Assembly: GCA_963846575.1 (NCBI GenBank)
Contig: CAWJWJ010000002.1
Coordinates: 2,784,001-2,848,000 of the forward strand
Length of the DNA: 64,000 bases
DNA from: an uncultured Nitrospiraceae bacterium
Lineage (GTDB): Bacteria; Nitrospirota; Nitrospiria; Nitrospirales; Nitrospiraceae
Reading direction: 5' to 3'
The notes beneath the pieces are model-generated. The model searched no databases and had not been told where the DNA came from. It worked only from the letters and a program-made list of their open reading frames with translations. Positions within the stretch are counted from its first letter, which is position 1. Every line of letters begins with the position of its first letter. The translations under genes were made by a program, and so were the position numbers. Below, piece by piece: positions 9,523 to 19,620 of the stretch.

Positions 9523-11901
9523 CTAGCGTCGGCCGCTCCACTGCCAGTTGCGGATCTCCGGCATATCGGTGCCATACTTCGCGATGAACTCCGTATGCCG
9601 GATGCGCTTGTCACGCATGTCCTGTTTGAGGTAGGCCGCACAGGCGCCGAGTTGAGGCACGCGGTCCACGACATCGGCCACGAGGTGAAAGCGGTCCAGA
9701 TCGTTCAGCACCACCATGTCGAACGGCGTGGTCGTGGTGCCTTCTTCTTTGTAGCCCCGCACGTGAAGATTGTCATGATTTGTCCGCCGATAGGTCAGGC
9801 GGTGAATCAGCCAGGGATAGCCGTGAAAAGCGAAGATGACCGGCTTGTCGGTCGTAAACAGGGCATCGAACTCTTTGTCCGTGAGTCCGTGCGGGTGTTC
9901 GCTGGGAGGCTGCAGCTTCATCAGATCGACGACATTAATGACGCGGACCTTCAGATTGGGCAATGCGTTGCGCAGGATTTCCACCGCCGCCAGGGTTTCC
10001 ATGGTCGGCACGTCTCCGCAACAGGCCATCACCACGTCCGGTTCATTGCCGCGGTCGTTGCTGGCCCACTCCCAGATGCCGATTCCGGCCGTGCAGTGCA
10101 GGACCGCCGCATCCATGTCCAACCACTGCGGAGCCGGCTGTTTGCCCGCCACGACCACATTGACGTAATCGCGGCTGCGCAGGCAGTGGTCCGTCACCGA
10201 GAGGAGCGTGTTCGCATCGGGCGGCAGATACACGCGAATCACCTCGGCCTTTTTATTCACCACATGATCGATGAACCCCGGGTCTTGATGGCTGAATCCA
10301 TTGTGGTCCTGCCGCCAGACATGCGATGTCAGGAGATAATTCAGGGAGGCGATCGGCCGTCGCCAGGGAATCTCGCGCGAGGTCTTGAGCCATTTCGCAT
10401 GCTGATTGAACATCGAATCCACGATGTGAATGAACGCCTCATAACAACTCATAAACCCATGGCGTCCGGTTAACAGGTAGCCTTCCAGCCATCCCTGGCA
10501 TAAATGTTCGCTCAGGATTTCCATGACACGTCCATCCGGCGCGACATGTTCATCGGTCTTCAGTGTCTCCTCCATGGAACAGCGATCGGTCACCTCGAAA
10601 AGCGGCGTCCACCGGTTGGAGGCGGTTTCGTCCGGTCCGACGACCCGGAAGTTCGTCTGGTTCATCTTCAGGATATCGCGCAAGAACAGACCCTGAACTC
10701 TCGTGGCCTCGGCCTGTTCGGCACCCGGCTTCGTCACGGGCACCGCATAGTCCCTGAAATCAGGCATACGTAGATCGCGGAGCAGGCTGCCGCCGTTCGC
10801 GCAAGGAATCGCACCCATGCGCCGGGCACCTGCCGGAGCCAACGCGGCCAGTTCCGGCATCAATGTCCCTTTGTCGTCAAACAACTCCTCCGGCTTGTAG
10901 CTTTTCATCCATTCTTCCAGCAGCAGCACATGTTCAGGCCGGTCCATATCTCCCATCGGGACCTGATGGGAACGGAAACTGCCCTCCACAGGCTTCCGGT
11001 CCACTTCCTTCGGCCCCGTCCATCCCTTCGGTGTCCGCAGGACGATCATGGGCCAACGCGGCCGGCCGGTCGCCCCCTTCGAGCGGGCCTCCTGCTGGAT
11101 GCGCCGGATCATCGCCGTGACCTCGTCCAGGGTGGAGGCCATGAGTTGATGCATCTCATCCGGATCGTCGCCTTCGACGAAGAAGGGCTGGTGGCCGTAC
11201 CCGACCATCAAGGATTCGAGTTCGTCCGGCGGCATCCGCGCCAGCACGGTCGGCCCGGCAATTTTGTAGCCATTCAGGTGGAGAATCGGCAGGACGGCCC
11301 CGTCCCGGGCGGGGTTGAGAAACTTGTTCCCATGCCAACTCCCGGCAAGCGCGCCGGTTTCGGCCTCTCCGTCTCCGATCACGCAGGCCACCATGAGATC
11401 AGGGTTATCAAATGCCGCTCCGTAGGCATGGGACAGCGCGTACCCTAACTCACCGCCCTCGTGAATGGATCCGGGGGTTTCCGGCGCGACGTGGCTCGGA
11501 ATCCCGCCGGGAAAGGAAAATTGCTTGAATAAGCGCTGCAGGCCTTCTTCATCCTGAGAGATGTTGGGGTAGACTTCGCTGTAGGTCCCTTCCAAATACA
11601 CGTTCGCGACAATCCCCGGCCCTCCATGCCCCGGTCCCGTAATGTACAGCACCGGAAGATCCTGCTCCTTGATGATCCGATTGAGGTGGACGTAGATAAA
11701 ATTCAATCCCGGCGTCGTTCCCCAATGGCCGAGCAGCCGCGGCTTGATATGGTCCCGTTTCAAAGGCTGCTTCAACAGCGGATTATCCAACAGGTAGATC
11801 TGTCCGACGGATAAATAATTCGCTGCGCGCCAGTACGCATGGATGCGTTGGACCATCTCGGGGCTGAGTGCCTGCTTCGCCTGCTGATTCGTTTGGTTCA
11901 T
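9523..11901 (-). CDS. xfp: Xylulose-5-P/fructose-6-P phosphoketolase
   Basis: [26 protein letters not shown] motif and [12 protein letters not shown]. Confidence 0.96.
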   Translation of the reverse strand: MNQTNQQAKQALSPEMVQRIHAYWRAANYLSVGQIYLLDNPLLKQPLKRDHIKPRLLGHWGTTPGLNFIYVHLNRIIKEQDLPVLYITGPGHGGPGIVANVYLEGTYSEVYPNISQDEEGLQRLFKQFSFPGGIPSHVAPETPGSIHEGGELGYALSHAYGAAFDNPDLMVACVIGDGEAETGALAGSWHGNKFLNPARDGAVLPILHLNGYKIAGPTVLARMPPDELESLMVGYGHQPFFVEGDDPDEMHQLMASTLDEVTAMIRRIQQEARSKGATGRPRWPMIVLRTPKGWTGPKEVDRKPVEGSFRSHQVPMGDMDRPEHVLLLEEWMKSYKPEELFDDKGTLMPELAALAPAGARRMGAIPCANGGSLLRDLRMPDFRDYAVPVTKPGAEQAEATRVQGLFLRDILKMNQTNFRVVGPDETASNRWTPLFEVTDRCSMEETLKTDEHVAPDGRVMEILSEHLCQGWLEGYLLTGRHGFMSCYEAFIHIVDSMFNQHAKWLKTSREIPWRRPIASLNYLLTSHVWRQDHNGFSHQDPGFIDHVVNKKAEVIRVYLPPDANTLLSVTDHCLRSRDYVNVVVAGKQPAPQWLDMDAAVLHCTAGIGIWEWASNDRGNEPDVVMACCGDVPTMETLAAVEILRNALPNLKVRVINVVDLMKLQPPSEHPHGLTDKEFDALFTTDKPVIFAFHGYPWLIHRLTYRRTNHDNLHVRGYKEEGTTTTPFDMVVLNDLDRFHLVADVVDRVPQLGACAAYLKQDMRDKRIRHTEFIAKYGTDMPEIRNWQWSGRR

Positions 11902-11972
11902 GAGTTCCCTCTTTCAGGTGCAAATGGTCCGTCACGCCTCGCACGCCACCGGTGGCGGCGACTGCCCATAGA

Positions 11973-13178
11973 TCAATGACTTGAGTGGGATGCCAGCAAC
12001 CGGCAGACGGATCGCGCAATCTGACTTTCTTCATCGGTGCGCATGACCCGTACCGTCACCCGGCTCTTCGGGGTGGAAATGACCGCAGCCCCGGCCTCAT
12101 TGCTGACCTGATCCAGTTCGATACCGAGAAACTCCAGGCCCTCGCACATACGAGCCCGCACGACGGGAGCATGTTCGCCGATTCCCCCGCTGAACAGGAG
12201 TTGATCAAGGCCGCCCAACGCCGCTGCATAGGCCCCGATCTGTTTCTTCCCGTGATAACAGAACAAGGCCACGGCTTCGGCCGCGCGCACGTCCCCGGTC
12301 TCCCGCTCCAGCAGGTCACGCATATCCGGGCTCGTCTCCGACAGCCCGAGCAGGCCGGAGCGGGCATTCACGAGGTCCTGAAACTGTTCCGCCCTCATGC
12401 CCTCAGCCAGTGACAAATAGGAAAAGAGACCAGGGTCCAAGTCGCCGGACCTCGTGCTCATCGGCAGGCCCGAGGCAGGGGTGAATCCCATCGTCGTATC
12501 GAGGCTCGTGCCGTCTCGCACCGCGGTCATGCTGGCTCCGTTTCCCAAATGGGCCAGGATGATCCGGTTGCGAGCAACCTCAGGCCCGGCGATCCGCTCC
12601 AATTCCTCCATCAGGTACGCATAGGACAAACCATGAAACCCATAGCGCCTCACCCCCAACTCTTCATAACGCCGCGGAATGGCCAGAACCCGAGCGACGC
12701 GCGGCAAACGTTGATGGAATCCCGTATCGAAACAGGCCACCTGCGGCACCTGCGGATACTGTCGACCAAAGGCTTCGATCAAGGTGATTTCGGCCGGCAG
12801 ATGCTCCGGATCGATCGGGCTCAGCCGGTGCAATTCCTCCATCACCTCGGGCGACAGCAGCGCAGGATCTGAGAATCGACTTCCCCCATGCACGACGCGG
12901 TGCCCGACGGCCTGAACCGGGACGCCCTTGACGCTCCTGCCCAGCTGGTCGATCAGGACTGGCACGGAAGCGGCATGGTCCGCCACCTGAACGGTTCGTC
13001 GATCGGTCCGGCCGGTCTGCGCATCGACGGTTTTGAGGAGTCCGTCTGAAAGGCCGATCCGTTCGATCGCCCCTCCCGTGAGCCGGACCGGCGGGGAGGC
13101 GCTGCGAAACAGCGCCCACTTCACGCTGGACGATCCGGCATTGAGCGTGAGGATGAGGGACGAATCGTCATGCGTCAT
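11973..13178 (-). CDS. ackA: Acetate kinase
   Basis: LNAGSSSVK, GHRVVHGG, RYGFHGLS, HLGNGAS, TRSGDLDPG, GGIGE. Start placed at MTHDDSS. Confidence 0.95.
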   Translation of the reverse strand: MTHDDSSLILTLNAGSSSVKWALFRSASPPVRLTGGAIERIGLSDGLLKTVDAQTGRTDRRTVQVADHAASVPVLIDQLGRSVKGVPVQAVGHRVVHGGSRFSDPALLSPEVMEELHRLSPIDPEHLPAEITLIEAFGRQYPQVPQVACFDTGFHQRLPRVARVLAIPRRYEELGVRRYGFHGLSYAYLMEELERIAGPEVARNRIILAHLGNGASMTAVRDGTSLDTTMGFTPASGLPMSTRSGDLDPGLFSYLSLAEGMRAEQFQDLVNARSGLLGLSETSPDMRDLLERETGDVRAAEAVALFCYHGKKQIGAYAAALGGLDQLLFSGGIGEHAPVVRARMCEGLEFLGIELDQVSNEAGAAVISTPKSRVTVRVMRTDEESQIARSVCRLLASHSSH

Positions 13179-13367
13179 GTGCACCTGGTTCCCACGATAG
13201 AAGGGCTGCAGAACGAGCGCAAGCTTAAAATCCCATCTGGCAGCATGAATCAGGGGATGACCGTCAGGCGCCGCATCGAAAGTTCGATATGACTGTGACA
13301 CAGTCTCTTCGATGGGCGTGACCAGGGAAGCCCCCAGTTTTTTCCTATCTTAAAAGGAGTACAGTGC

Positions 13368-13667
13368 GTGGTTATGATTGCTCCTCTATTGGTAACGGTG
13401 CTGGTGATGGCAGGAGGCCTCGGTGCAGCGGGAGCGGTGCCCCAATCGCTGGCGCAGATGGCTCTTCTCGGCGGCACGATTGTGTCGATCGATGAAGCCG
13501 GGATTTCGATCACCCTGCGAATGCCGGAAGGACACGTCCGATCGTTTGCAGCTAAGGACCGGCGCCTCCTTCAGGGGCTCGCTCTGGGGGACCACATCAG
13601 CTTCGAACTCGGCGACAACGATACGATCATCACACTGACGAAGCTCCCGACCGATCCCGCAAACTGA
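13368..13667 (+). CDS. Small exported OB-fold-like protein (CusF/DUF1344-like)
   Basis: AAGGAG RBS, signal peptide and GTIVSIDE...ITL...L..L..GD.I.FE pattern. Confidence 0.55.
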   Translation: MVMIAPLLVTVLVMAGGLGAAGAVPQSLAQMALLGGTIVSIDEAGISITLRMPEGHVRSFAAKDRRLLQGLALGDHISFELGDNDTIITLTKLPTDPAN

Positions 13668-13778
13668 ACGTTGCACGGGACCAGGCCGCTCCGGTTCCAC
13701 GTACGCCGTCCGCGGCCCGACAGGAGACCGGTCAGTGCGAGTTCGCCCGGGCGCGATCCCCGGCCCCTCCGCTTCCCG

Positions 13779-14720
13779 CTACTGCCGGTAGCACCAGGAG
13801 CTGTCCTCCAGACAATCTCGCAACCAGTGGGCCGGTTCGAATGAGTCCGCCAGGGGCGCGACCGATTGGTAGGCCTGGTAACTCCAACGGACAGGATCCT
13901 GTTTCATCAGGAAATCCGCCTGCAACAGAGCGCCAAGCATGTCCGGCACCTTCGATAGTCTCAAGGTCCGGTGTGAAGACGGCACCAGGCGCGCCGGGAT
14001 GAGTTCGAAGTTAGCGTGGGCTTCCTGGCCGCTGCTATCGTGAATGCTGACGCGCACGAACTGTTCACGCGACGCCCCGCCAGGCATCGGGATCTGTATC
14101 CGCTCTGATGAGACTCCCTCTTTTTTGAACAGCACGCGATGCGTGGCATCTGTCGAGACCAGTTCGACGCCATACGGCGGCTCCCCGCCCTTCCAGGCTA
14201 GAGACCACCCGGTCAGATCGTTTGCCAGTTGACTCATCCCCCCTTCCAGCAGGGGAATCACCAGGGGTTCATCCTCCCCACGGCTGCTGGTGCTGGTTTT
14301 GGTCACCCTTCTCACCTGCTGCGCCGTGAGGCGGCTGCCGAGATCCATGAGCAACGTGCCCAGACGCATCAAGAATCCAGGCGGTGATTCGGCAGGGGGG
14401 ACGACATACGGAGACTCCTTTTCGGTGACCGTGATCCGGCGGTTCCCGCATCGGAGCAGGACCTTATTCCAAGGTCCCTGCACCACGACCCGGTCCCCCG
14501 GCCGGACGGGCAACAGCAAGGCCAGCGATACAGGCGCCTCAGCTCGTTGCAGAGAAAAAGCCGTCATGTCGCCGACCAGTTGTTCGACGTAACCGACCGC
14601 CGTGCGAACGTCGGCCGTGGATTCGGCGCGCGACAGCCCCGTCCAGCCTGTCGCTCCCAGGACCAGCGCCAGCATGCACGAGAGGAAGTTCAGAGGCAGG
14701 GACGACGATTGATTACTCAT
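13779..14720 (-). CDS. Exported hypothetical protein, translationally coupled to the CHASE2 gene
   Basis: Signal peptide; overlaps the CHASE2 stop; internal TSSRG linker followed by a beta-rich domain. Confidence 0.7.
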   Translation of the reverse strand: MSNQSSSLPLNFLSCMLALVLGATGWTGLSRAESTADVRTAVGYVEQLVGDMTAFSLQRAEAPVSLALLLPVRPGDRVVVQGPWNKVLLRCGNRRITVTEKESPYVVPPAESPPGFLMRLGTLLMDLGSRLTAQQVRRVTKTSTSSRGEDEPLVIPLLEGGMSQLANDLTGWSLAWKGGEPPYGVELVSTDATHRVLFKKEGVSSERIQIPMPGGASREQFVRVSIHDSSGQEAHANFELIPARLVPSSHRTLRLSKVPDMLGALLQADFLMKQDPVRWSYQAYQSVAPLADSFEPAHWLRDCLEDSSWCYRQ

Positions 14721-16396
14721 GGTGTAGCCCGCGGGCGGATATGCTCCCGTTTGATTTTGGGAGATTCGACGTTGAAGTCAATGAACCGGCCATAGGCCTG
14801 GAGAACCAGCAACGGAAACACGACGTCCAGCCACCAGCCATACTGAAACAGCCACAGACTGACCGGCACCAGCAACACGTTGACGACGAAACGAGCCACC
14901 CGGGTTCCCCACGATTTGGTGAAGTAGGAGAATGACAGGCTGAAGGCGGCCACAATGGCGATCAGGATGGCCCATCGCATGCCGACGTTCAATTCCAGAA
15001 TCTGGCCATACTCCAGCAGCGCGTTGATCTCATTGATGACGATGAGAGCGCCGGACATCTCGCCCAGCGGGGTCGCGTGACTATCACCCGCCCTCGCGTA
15101 GCTCGATCCGATCACGACTATTTTGCCCGCCAGCCAGTCCGAACTGAGAGGACGCGCCGGTTGAGGATCGGTGATGATGGAGGCCTGCACCTGCGAGAAA
15201 TACTCGGCTTGTACGGACCCGGGGTAGAATTTATAAAAAATCCGCTGTTCGAGATCCGTCAGATGCGGACTTATGACGACCGGACGGGGGAGCACGCTAT
15301 CGCTCAACCGCCATTCCTGATGGGCCTGGCGATGGGCCGATAACGCCACGGCGCCATTGCCGTCGAGGCACTGCCCTGCCGGGGGTCCGAATCGACGCCG
15401 CAATTCGGCCAGAAATCTTTGAACAGAAAATGGTTCGCCGTCCATGGGCGGTTGGCGGATCAACGCCCACGAGAGGAGTGCCACGGAGGGCACGACATTG
15501 GGCGCCTGCTCCAAACAGGTCGGCTCGTAGAGACGCCAGCTTCGCAACACCCCGTCCTCATCCCGCTGAATGAGAGACGAAGCCCAGTGCAGCACCGGAG
15601 ATGGCTTCACCACGGTTTCCAAAAACTCGGACGGCCGTTCCTCGTAAAACAGGCCGGAGCCGTCGCCCTCCCCCGCTGCGGAGCCCTCCATCCCCTCCGG
15701 CATGTTGTGACGCAAAGACTGGCCAATGGTGCGGACAAAAATGATCTGGGTGGGTGACTGCTTCCCGACGGCTGACGCCCTTCCGGCCTCTGCCGATGCC
15801 TGCGAATAGGTGTGCAGGTAGTCCGCGAGTGAGGCATCCGGATCGGGAAGTGTCTGGCGAGCGGGGGCAGGACCCGGTGCAGGCTGTAACGGTCCGACAT
15901 ATTTCACCAACTCGATATCCACCACCAATAGCTTGGCGTGCGCCTCGACGACGAACTGAATCAGCCGCAGGAGCTTATCCCGCGGAACGAACAACGGTTC
16001 GTTCCAGCCTTGATGGGACTGCTCATCGATATTGACGAAGACAAATCGTTCCAGCGGGGAATGTTTGTGGGCGGGGCGGTCCCTCCAGAAGCTGATCGCC
16101 CAATCGGTGGCGGCGGTTTCCGCGAGATTGAAGGCCGGCAGGTACGGGCGCGCAACGGAAAGAAAGATGGCGGCTCCGAGACCGATGACCAGACTCTTCA
16201 GGAGATGCTGCGCGAAAGGCGGAAGACCGTGCCAGAGCCTGACAGCCGGTGCCGAATAAGGACTAAGCGGGCGCGCCGCTCGTTGGAGCGTGTGTTTCAG
16301 CCGTCCCAGGATATTGAAATAATCGACCACGAACCGCCTCGTGGAATCTCTGATCAGCTCGCCCCGTGTCCGGGGCCCATCGCACGTCAGCTCCAA
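14717..16396 (-). CDS. CHASE2 domain membrane protein with no evident output domain
   Basis: FVNIDE, PRDKL, LVVDI, D.DGVLR, GKIVVIG, D.H.TP.GEM.G and three C-terminal TM helices. Confidence 0.85.
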   Translation of the reverse strand: MELTCDGPRTRGELIRDSTRRFVVDYFNILGRLKHTLQRAARPLSPYSAPAVRLWHGLPPFAQHLLKSLVIGLGAAIFLSVARPYLPAFNLAETAATDWAISFWRDRPAHKHSPLERFVFVNIDEQSHQGWNEPLFVPRDKLLRLIQFVVEAHAKLLVVDIELVKYVGPLQPAPGPAPARQTLPDPDASLADYLHTYSQASAEAGRASAVGKQSPTQIIFVRTIGQSLRHNMPEGMEGSAAGEGDGSGLFYEERPSEFLETVVKPSPVLHWASSLIQRDEDGVLRSWRLYEPTCLEQAPNVVPSVALLSWALIRQPPMDGEPFSVQRFLAELRRRFGPPAGQCLDGNGAVALSAHRQAHQEWRLSDSVLPRPVVISPHLTDLEQRIFYKFYPGSVQAEYFSQVQASIITDPQPARPLSSDWLAGKIVVIGSSYARAGDSHATPLGEMSGALIVINEINALLEYGQILELNVGMRWAILIAIVAAFSLSFSYFTKSWGTRVARFVVNVLLVPVSLWLFQYGWWLDVVFPLLVLQAYGRFIDFNVESPKIKREHIRPRATP

Positions 16397-16513
16397 CCCT
16401 GGAGGCGCCAGCCCTTAGCCCCTGCAGATTTACGGCGACAGTGTACCAAAACGAGACGGAGTTCTGGTACCATCTCTCTGGCGCGGTGTTCAGAATCTGC
16501 GCGGAGCCGACTC

Positions 16514-18850
16514 ATGAAGCGCGTTCGTGTCTCCTTCAGGCATCTCCTCATCCCGTTGCTGCTCGTCGCCTTCAGTCTCCCTGTCAGCGTTACCGCGGAA
16601 GTCCGGCGGGCGCTCCTGGTCGGAATCGATCAGTATGATCGCGGCCGCTCTCCTTTGACGGACCCCTCCTTCTCCGGCACTCCTGGCCGCCGAACCTGGC
16701 AGAATCTTCAAGGGTCGGTGAACGACGCCACCACCATGCGGGAGGTGCTCATCCACCGGTTCGGGTTTCATGACGCAGACATTCTGATGTTGACCAATGA
16801 GCAGGCGACGCGCGCCAACATCCTCACTGCTTTTCAGCACCATCTCATCGACGCCGCGAGGCCGGGTGATCTCAGCGTGATCTTTTATGCAGGGCATGGG
16901 TCCAGGATTTACAACTCACGCTCCCCGGAACTCGATCGGAGGGACGAAACGATCGTCCCTGCCGATGCCAACCTGAACACCGATCCCAAACGCATCATCG
17001 ATATTCGGGATAAGGAATGGGACCGGCTCTTCACGCAGGTGCTGGACCGCGGGGCCAAACTCACGGCGATTTTCGACAGTTGCCACAGCGGCTCGATCTC
17101 CCGGGGACTCATCCCCATGACCATGGGTGTCCGCTCACTCCAGGAGGACGCACGGGATGTCGCCTTGCTGGTTGGACCTGAACCGCCTGTCCACGCACCT
17201 GGCCGGGAACCGGAAAAACGCGAGGGAGCCCTCATTGTCTCAGCCGCACAAGAAGACCAGCCGGCGCGGGAGGCGGCCCGCCGGGTCGGAGAGCGCAAGG
17301 AATGGCACGGCGCGTTCACCCTCGCGCTGGTCGATACGCTGAATGAACTACCGTCCACTGCGACCGCCCAGCGGGTCTTCGACCAGGTCACGGCCAAACT
17401 CAAAGCCGGAGGCCACAATCAAGACCCGGAACTCGCAGGCCCCCCGACGAGTCGCCATGCGCCGTTGTTCGGAGGCACAGTCGATGGGCACGAGCATGCG
17501 CTCCGACTCAATGTCGTGCGCGCCTATGGATCAGACAATGTCGAGATGCAGGGGGGAACGGCTTTGGGGCTGACCGTCGGAACGGAACTGGTCCGGGCCG
17601 CCGGGACATCAAACCGCGGATCCCTACGGCTGCGCATCAGCAGCGTGCGCGATCTGCTCGTCAGCCAGGCGATGGTTCTCCAGGGGTCGTGGAAGGACCT
17701 CAGGCCCGGCGACGAGTTCGAAATCGTCCACCGCGGCAGTAGCACCGACAGACCATTCCGGCTCTGGCTCCCGCCCACGACCGATGATGTCTCCGGTGCC
17801 CTGCGCCTGGCATCGGATCTACGCGGGGCCCTGCCCTCTTCAGCCACCTGGGTGGAAGATCCGACCGTCACGGCCCCCACCCATCTGATCTTTTGGAACG
17901 GGGCGGAATGGATCCAGAGCCCGCCGTCGAAGCTCCCGGTGGCGCTGGGACCCCGGCCCACCGTCGCACAGATCATCGGCTCGCTCGCAGCGGACAGCTC
18001 ACCGATCAAACTCTTTATGAATATTCCGCCATCCCGTGCGTTTCGCGAACGGCTGACCGGTCCCGGTCTCCCGGCAGAGTTCGCAGCCGAAGTGACGCGC
18101 GATGCGGACGAAGCGGATTACGTTCTGATCGGCCGTGCCCTCTCCGAGCAGAGTGAGCATGCCTGGGCGCTCCGCGCGTTTTCGGCGACTGCCGCCACCT
18201 CATCGCGTACGTCTCCCATGCCTCTGCCGGTTCGAACTGCCTGGGGGAGCGAGAGCACACATCACGACACCTGCCAGGCGGGAGGCCTCCGCGACTGCGT
18301 TTCAAGATTGGCAAAGTTACACCATTGGTTGACGGTCAAGGGACCTGAGGACAACGGACGGTTTCCCTACCGGCTCGGGTTTGAAGCACTCGCGAACAGG
18401 ACTCTGGTGACGGTGGATACCCTGGTAGCCGGATCCTATCAACTACTGCTCAATGGCGATCTGGAGTCGGTCCGCCGCGTGCAGGACTCGTGGGGCATAC
18501 AGTCACGATATGTCTATGTCTTTGTGATCGACCAACAGGGGCAATCGACCCTGCTGTATCCCAACGATTCCTCCCAGGACAAGGAAAACTGGCTCCCGAC
18601 CCCTGCTCAGCTCAAGCAGGCATCCACGGCCGCTGTACGGATCTCCCTGGGAGGGAGCGGGACCATGACGGTACATGAACCCTTCGGCACCGACACCTAC
18701 ATTCTGCTGACTTCCGTGCGACCCATTCCACATATCAAAGAACTGGTGGAATCGGAGGGAGTCGTGGGCAGGCAGGATCCCATGCGGGGACAGGGGGATT
18801 GGTCGATTGATCGTCAATTTGTACTCAGTGCGCCCGGCATGAGTCACTGA
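16514..18850 (+). CDS. Secreted caspase-family (peptidase C14) protein with C-terminal DUF4384-like domain
   Basis: Signal peptide; ALLVGIDQY, L.GSVNDA, FYAGHGS, FDSCHSG, GAFT; C-terminal YVYVFVIDQQG..TLLYPN...EPFGTDTY. Start moved to MKRVRV. Confidence 0.9.
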   Translation: MKRVRVSFRHLLIPLLLVAFSLPVSVTAEVRRALLVGIDQYDRGRSPLTDPSFSGTPGRRTWQNLQGSVNDATTMREVLIHRFGFHDADILMLTNEQATRANILTAFQHHLIDAARPGDLSVIFYAGHGSRIYNSRSPELDRRDETIVPADANLNTDPKRIIDIRDKEWDRLFTQVLDRGAKLTAIFDSCHSGSISRGLIPMTMGVRSLQEDARDVALLVGPEPPVHAPGREPEKREGALIVSAAQEDQPAREAARRVGERKEWHGAFTLALVDTLNELPSTATAQRVFDQVTAKLKAGGHNQDPELAGPPTSRHAPLFGGTVDGHEHALRLNVVRAYGSDNVEMQGGTALGLTVGTELVRAAGTSNRGSLRLRISSVRDLLVSQAMVLQGSWKDLRPGDEFEIVHRGSSTDRPFRLWLPPTTDDVSGALRLASDLRGALPSSATWVEDPTVTAPTHLIFWNGAEWIQSPPSKLPVALGPRPTVAQIIGSLAADSSPIKLFMNIPPSRAFRERLTGPGLPAEFAAEVTRDADEADYVLIGRALSEQSEHAWALRAFSATAATSSRTSPMPLPVRTAWGSESTHHDTCQAGGLRDCVSRLAKLHHWLTVKGPEDNGRFPYRLGFEALANRTLVTVDTLVAGSYQLLLNGDLESVRRVQDSWGIQSRYVYVFVIDQQGQSTLLYPNDSSQDKENWLPTPAQLKQASTAAVRISLGGSGTMTVHEPFGTDTYILLTSVRPIPHIKELVESEGVVGRQDPMRGQGDWSIDRQFVLSAPGMSH

Positions 18851-18930
18851 GTTCTCCGCGGGGCTTGACTGGGCGCCGGACTTTCTTTATAGGACTGCTG
18901 CCGACGAACACATCCACCAGAGGGTCCCCC

Positions 18931-19557
18931 ATGCGTATCCCCTCCTCTCGTCACTCGTGGCCTCTGGTTGTCGCCTCCCTCTGCCTCTTAGGGGCCAGCG
19001 GGTGCCCCGTGCAAGCCGGCTGTGGAGTATCCGGCGGAATGCCAGGGACGCAACAAGGCTTTGGCGCCCAAAGCTGGACCTGCCAGGCATCGGTTCAAAT
19101 TGCCAAGGGCGCGACCATCAGCAGTCCCGGCCCGGTCAAGAGAGAACTGCTGGCCAAAAAGGAATCGGCGAACGTCCAGATCGCCAGCCTGCGGAACGAG
19201 TTGTCGCAGTCGGAGGAACGGGGATTCGGGTTCAGCGGAAAAGACGGCGGCGGCGCGGCGGACGACACACAACGCACTGACGAGCTCACCAGTAAAATTA
19301 GCCGACTGCTCGATTCGACTGAGCAGCTGGACCAGGGGCTTAAAGTGCTGGAAGCCTTGACGCCTCCAGCCGGCAGTTACTCGCTCGACGATGGAAATTG
19401 GACCGTAAACGGCGATCGCGTGACCTTCCAGACGAAATCGCCCTACATTCCCAGCAAAAACGTCACCATCCCCTACGTCATCCGATCCCCGCAAGGCGAA
19501 CTGATCGAAAGTGGATTTCTGCCCATAGAATCGGTCCGGGTCGAACAACAACCCTAG
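18931..19557 (+). CDS. Hypothetical lipoprotein
   Basis: MRIPSS... with ASGC lipobox; coiled segment containing EERGF. Confidence 0.7.
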   Translation: MRIPSSRHSWPLVVASLCLLGASGCPVQAGCGVSGGMPGTQQGFGAQSWTCQASVQIAKGATISSPGPVKRELLAKKESANVQIASLRNELSQSEERGFGFSGKDGGGAADDTQRTDELTSKISRLLDSTEQLDQGLKVLEALTPPAGSYSLDDGNWTVNGDRVTFQTKSPYIPSKNVTIPYVIRSPQGELIESGFLPIESVRVEQQP

Positions 19558-19620
19558 GTTCGCTCCGGCAGAGGACCCGGCTCACGTGGATGGAGTTCGA
19601 CGCTCCACAAAGAGGCTGCT

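Noticed and set aside
8788..10473. 561-aa + strand ORF
   Set aside because: Antisense shadow of the HAD and phosphoketolase genes, with no motifs of its own; typical of high-GC codon bias.
15938..16513. 192-aa N-terminal extension of the first caspase in the ORF track
   Set aside because: It overlaps the CHASE2 gene on the other strand; a signal peptide begins at ATG 16514.
16487..18908. CGACnnA half-sites before 16514 and 18931 (also near 39054 and 48467)
   Set aside because: No TGAACC-like -35 at 15-16 bp spacing, so they are not counted as promoter copies.
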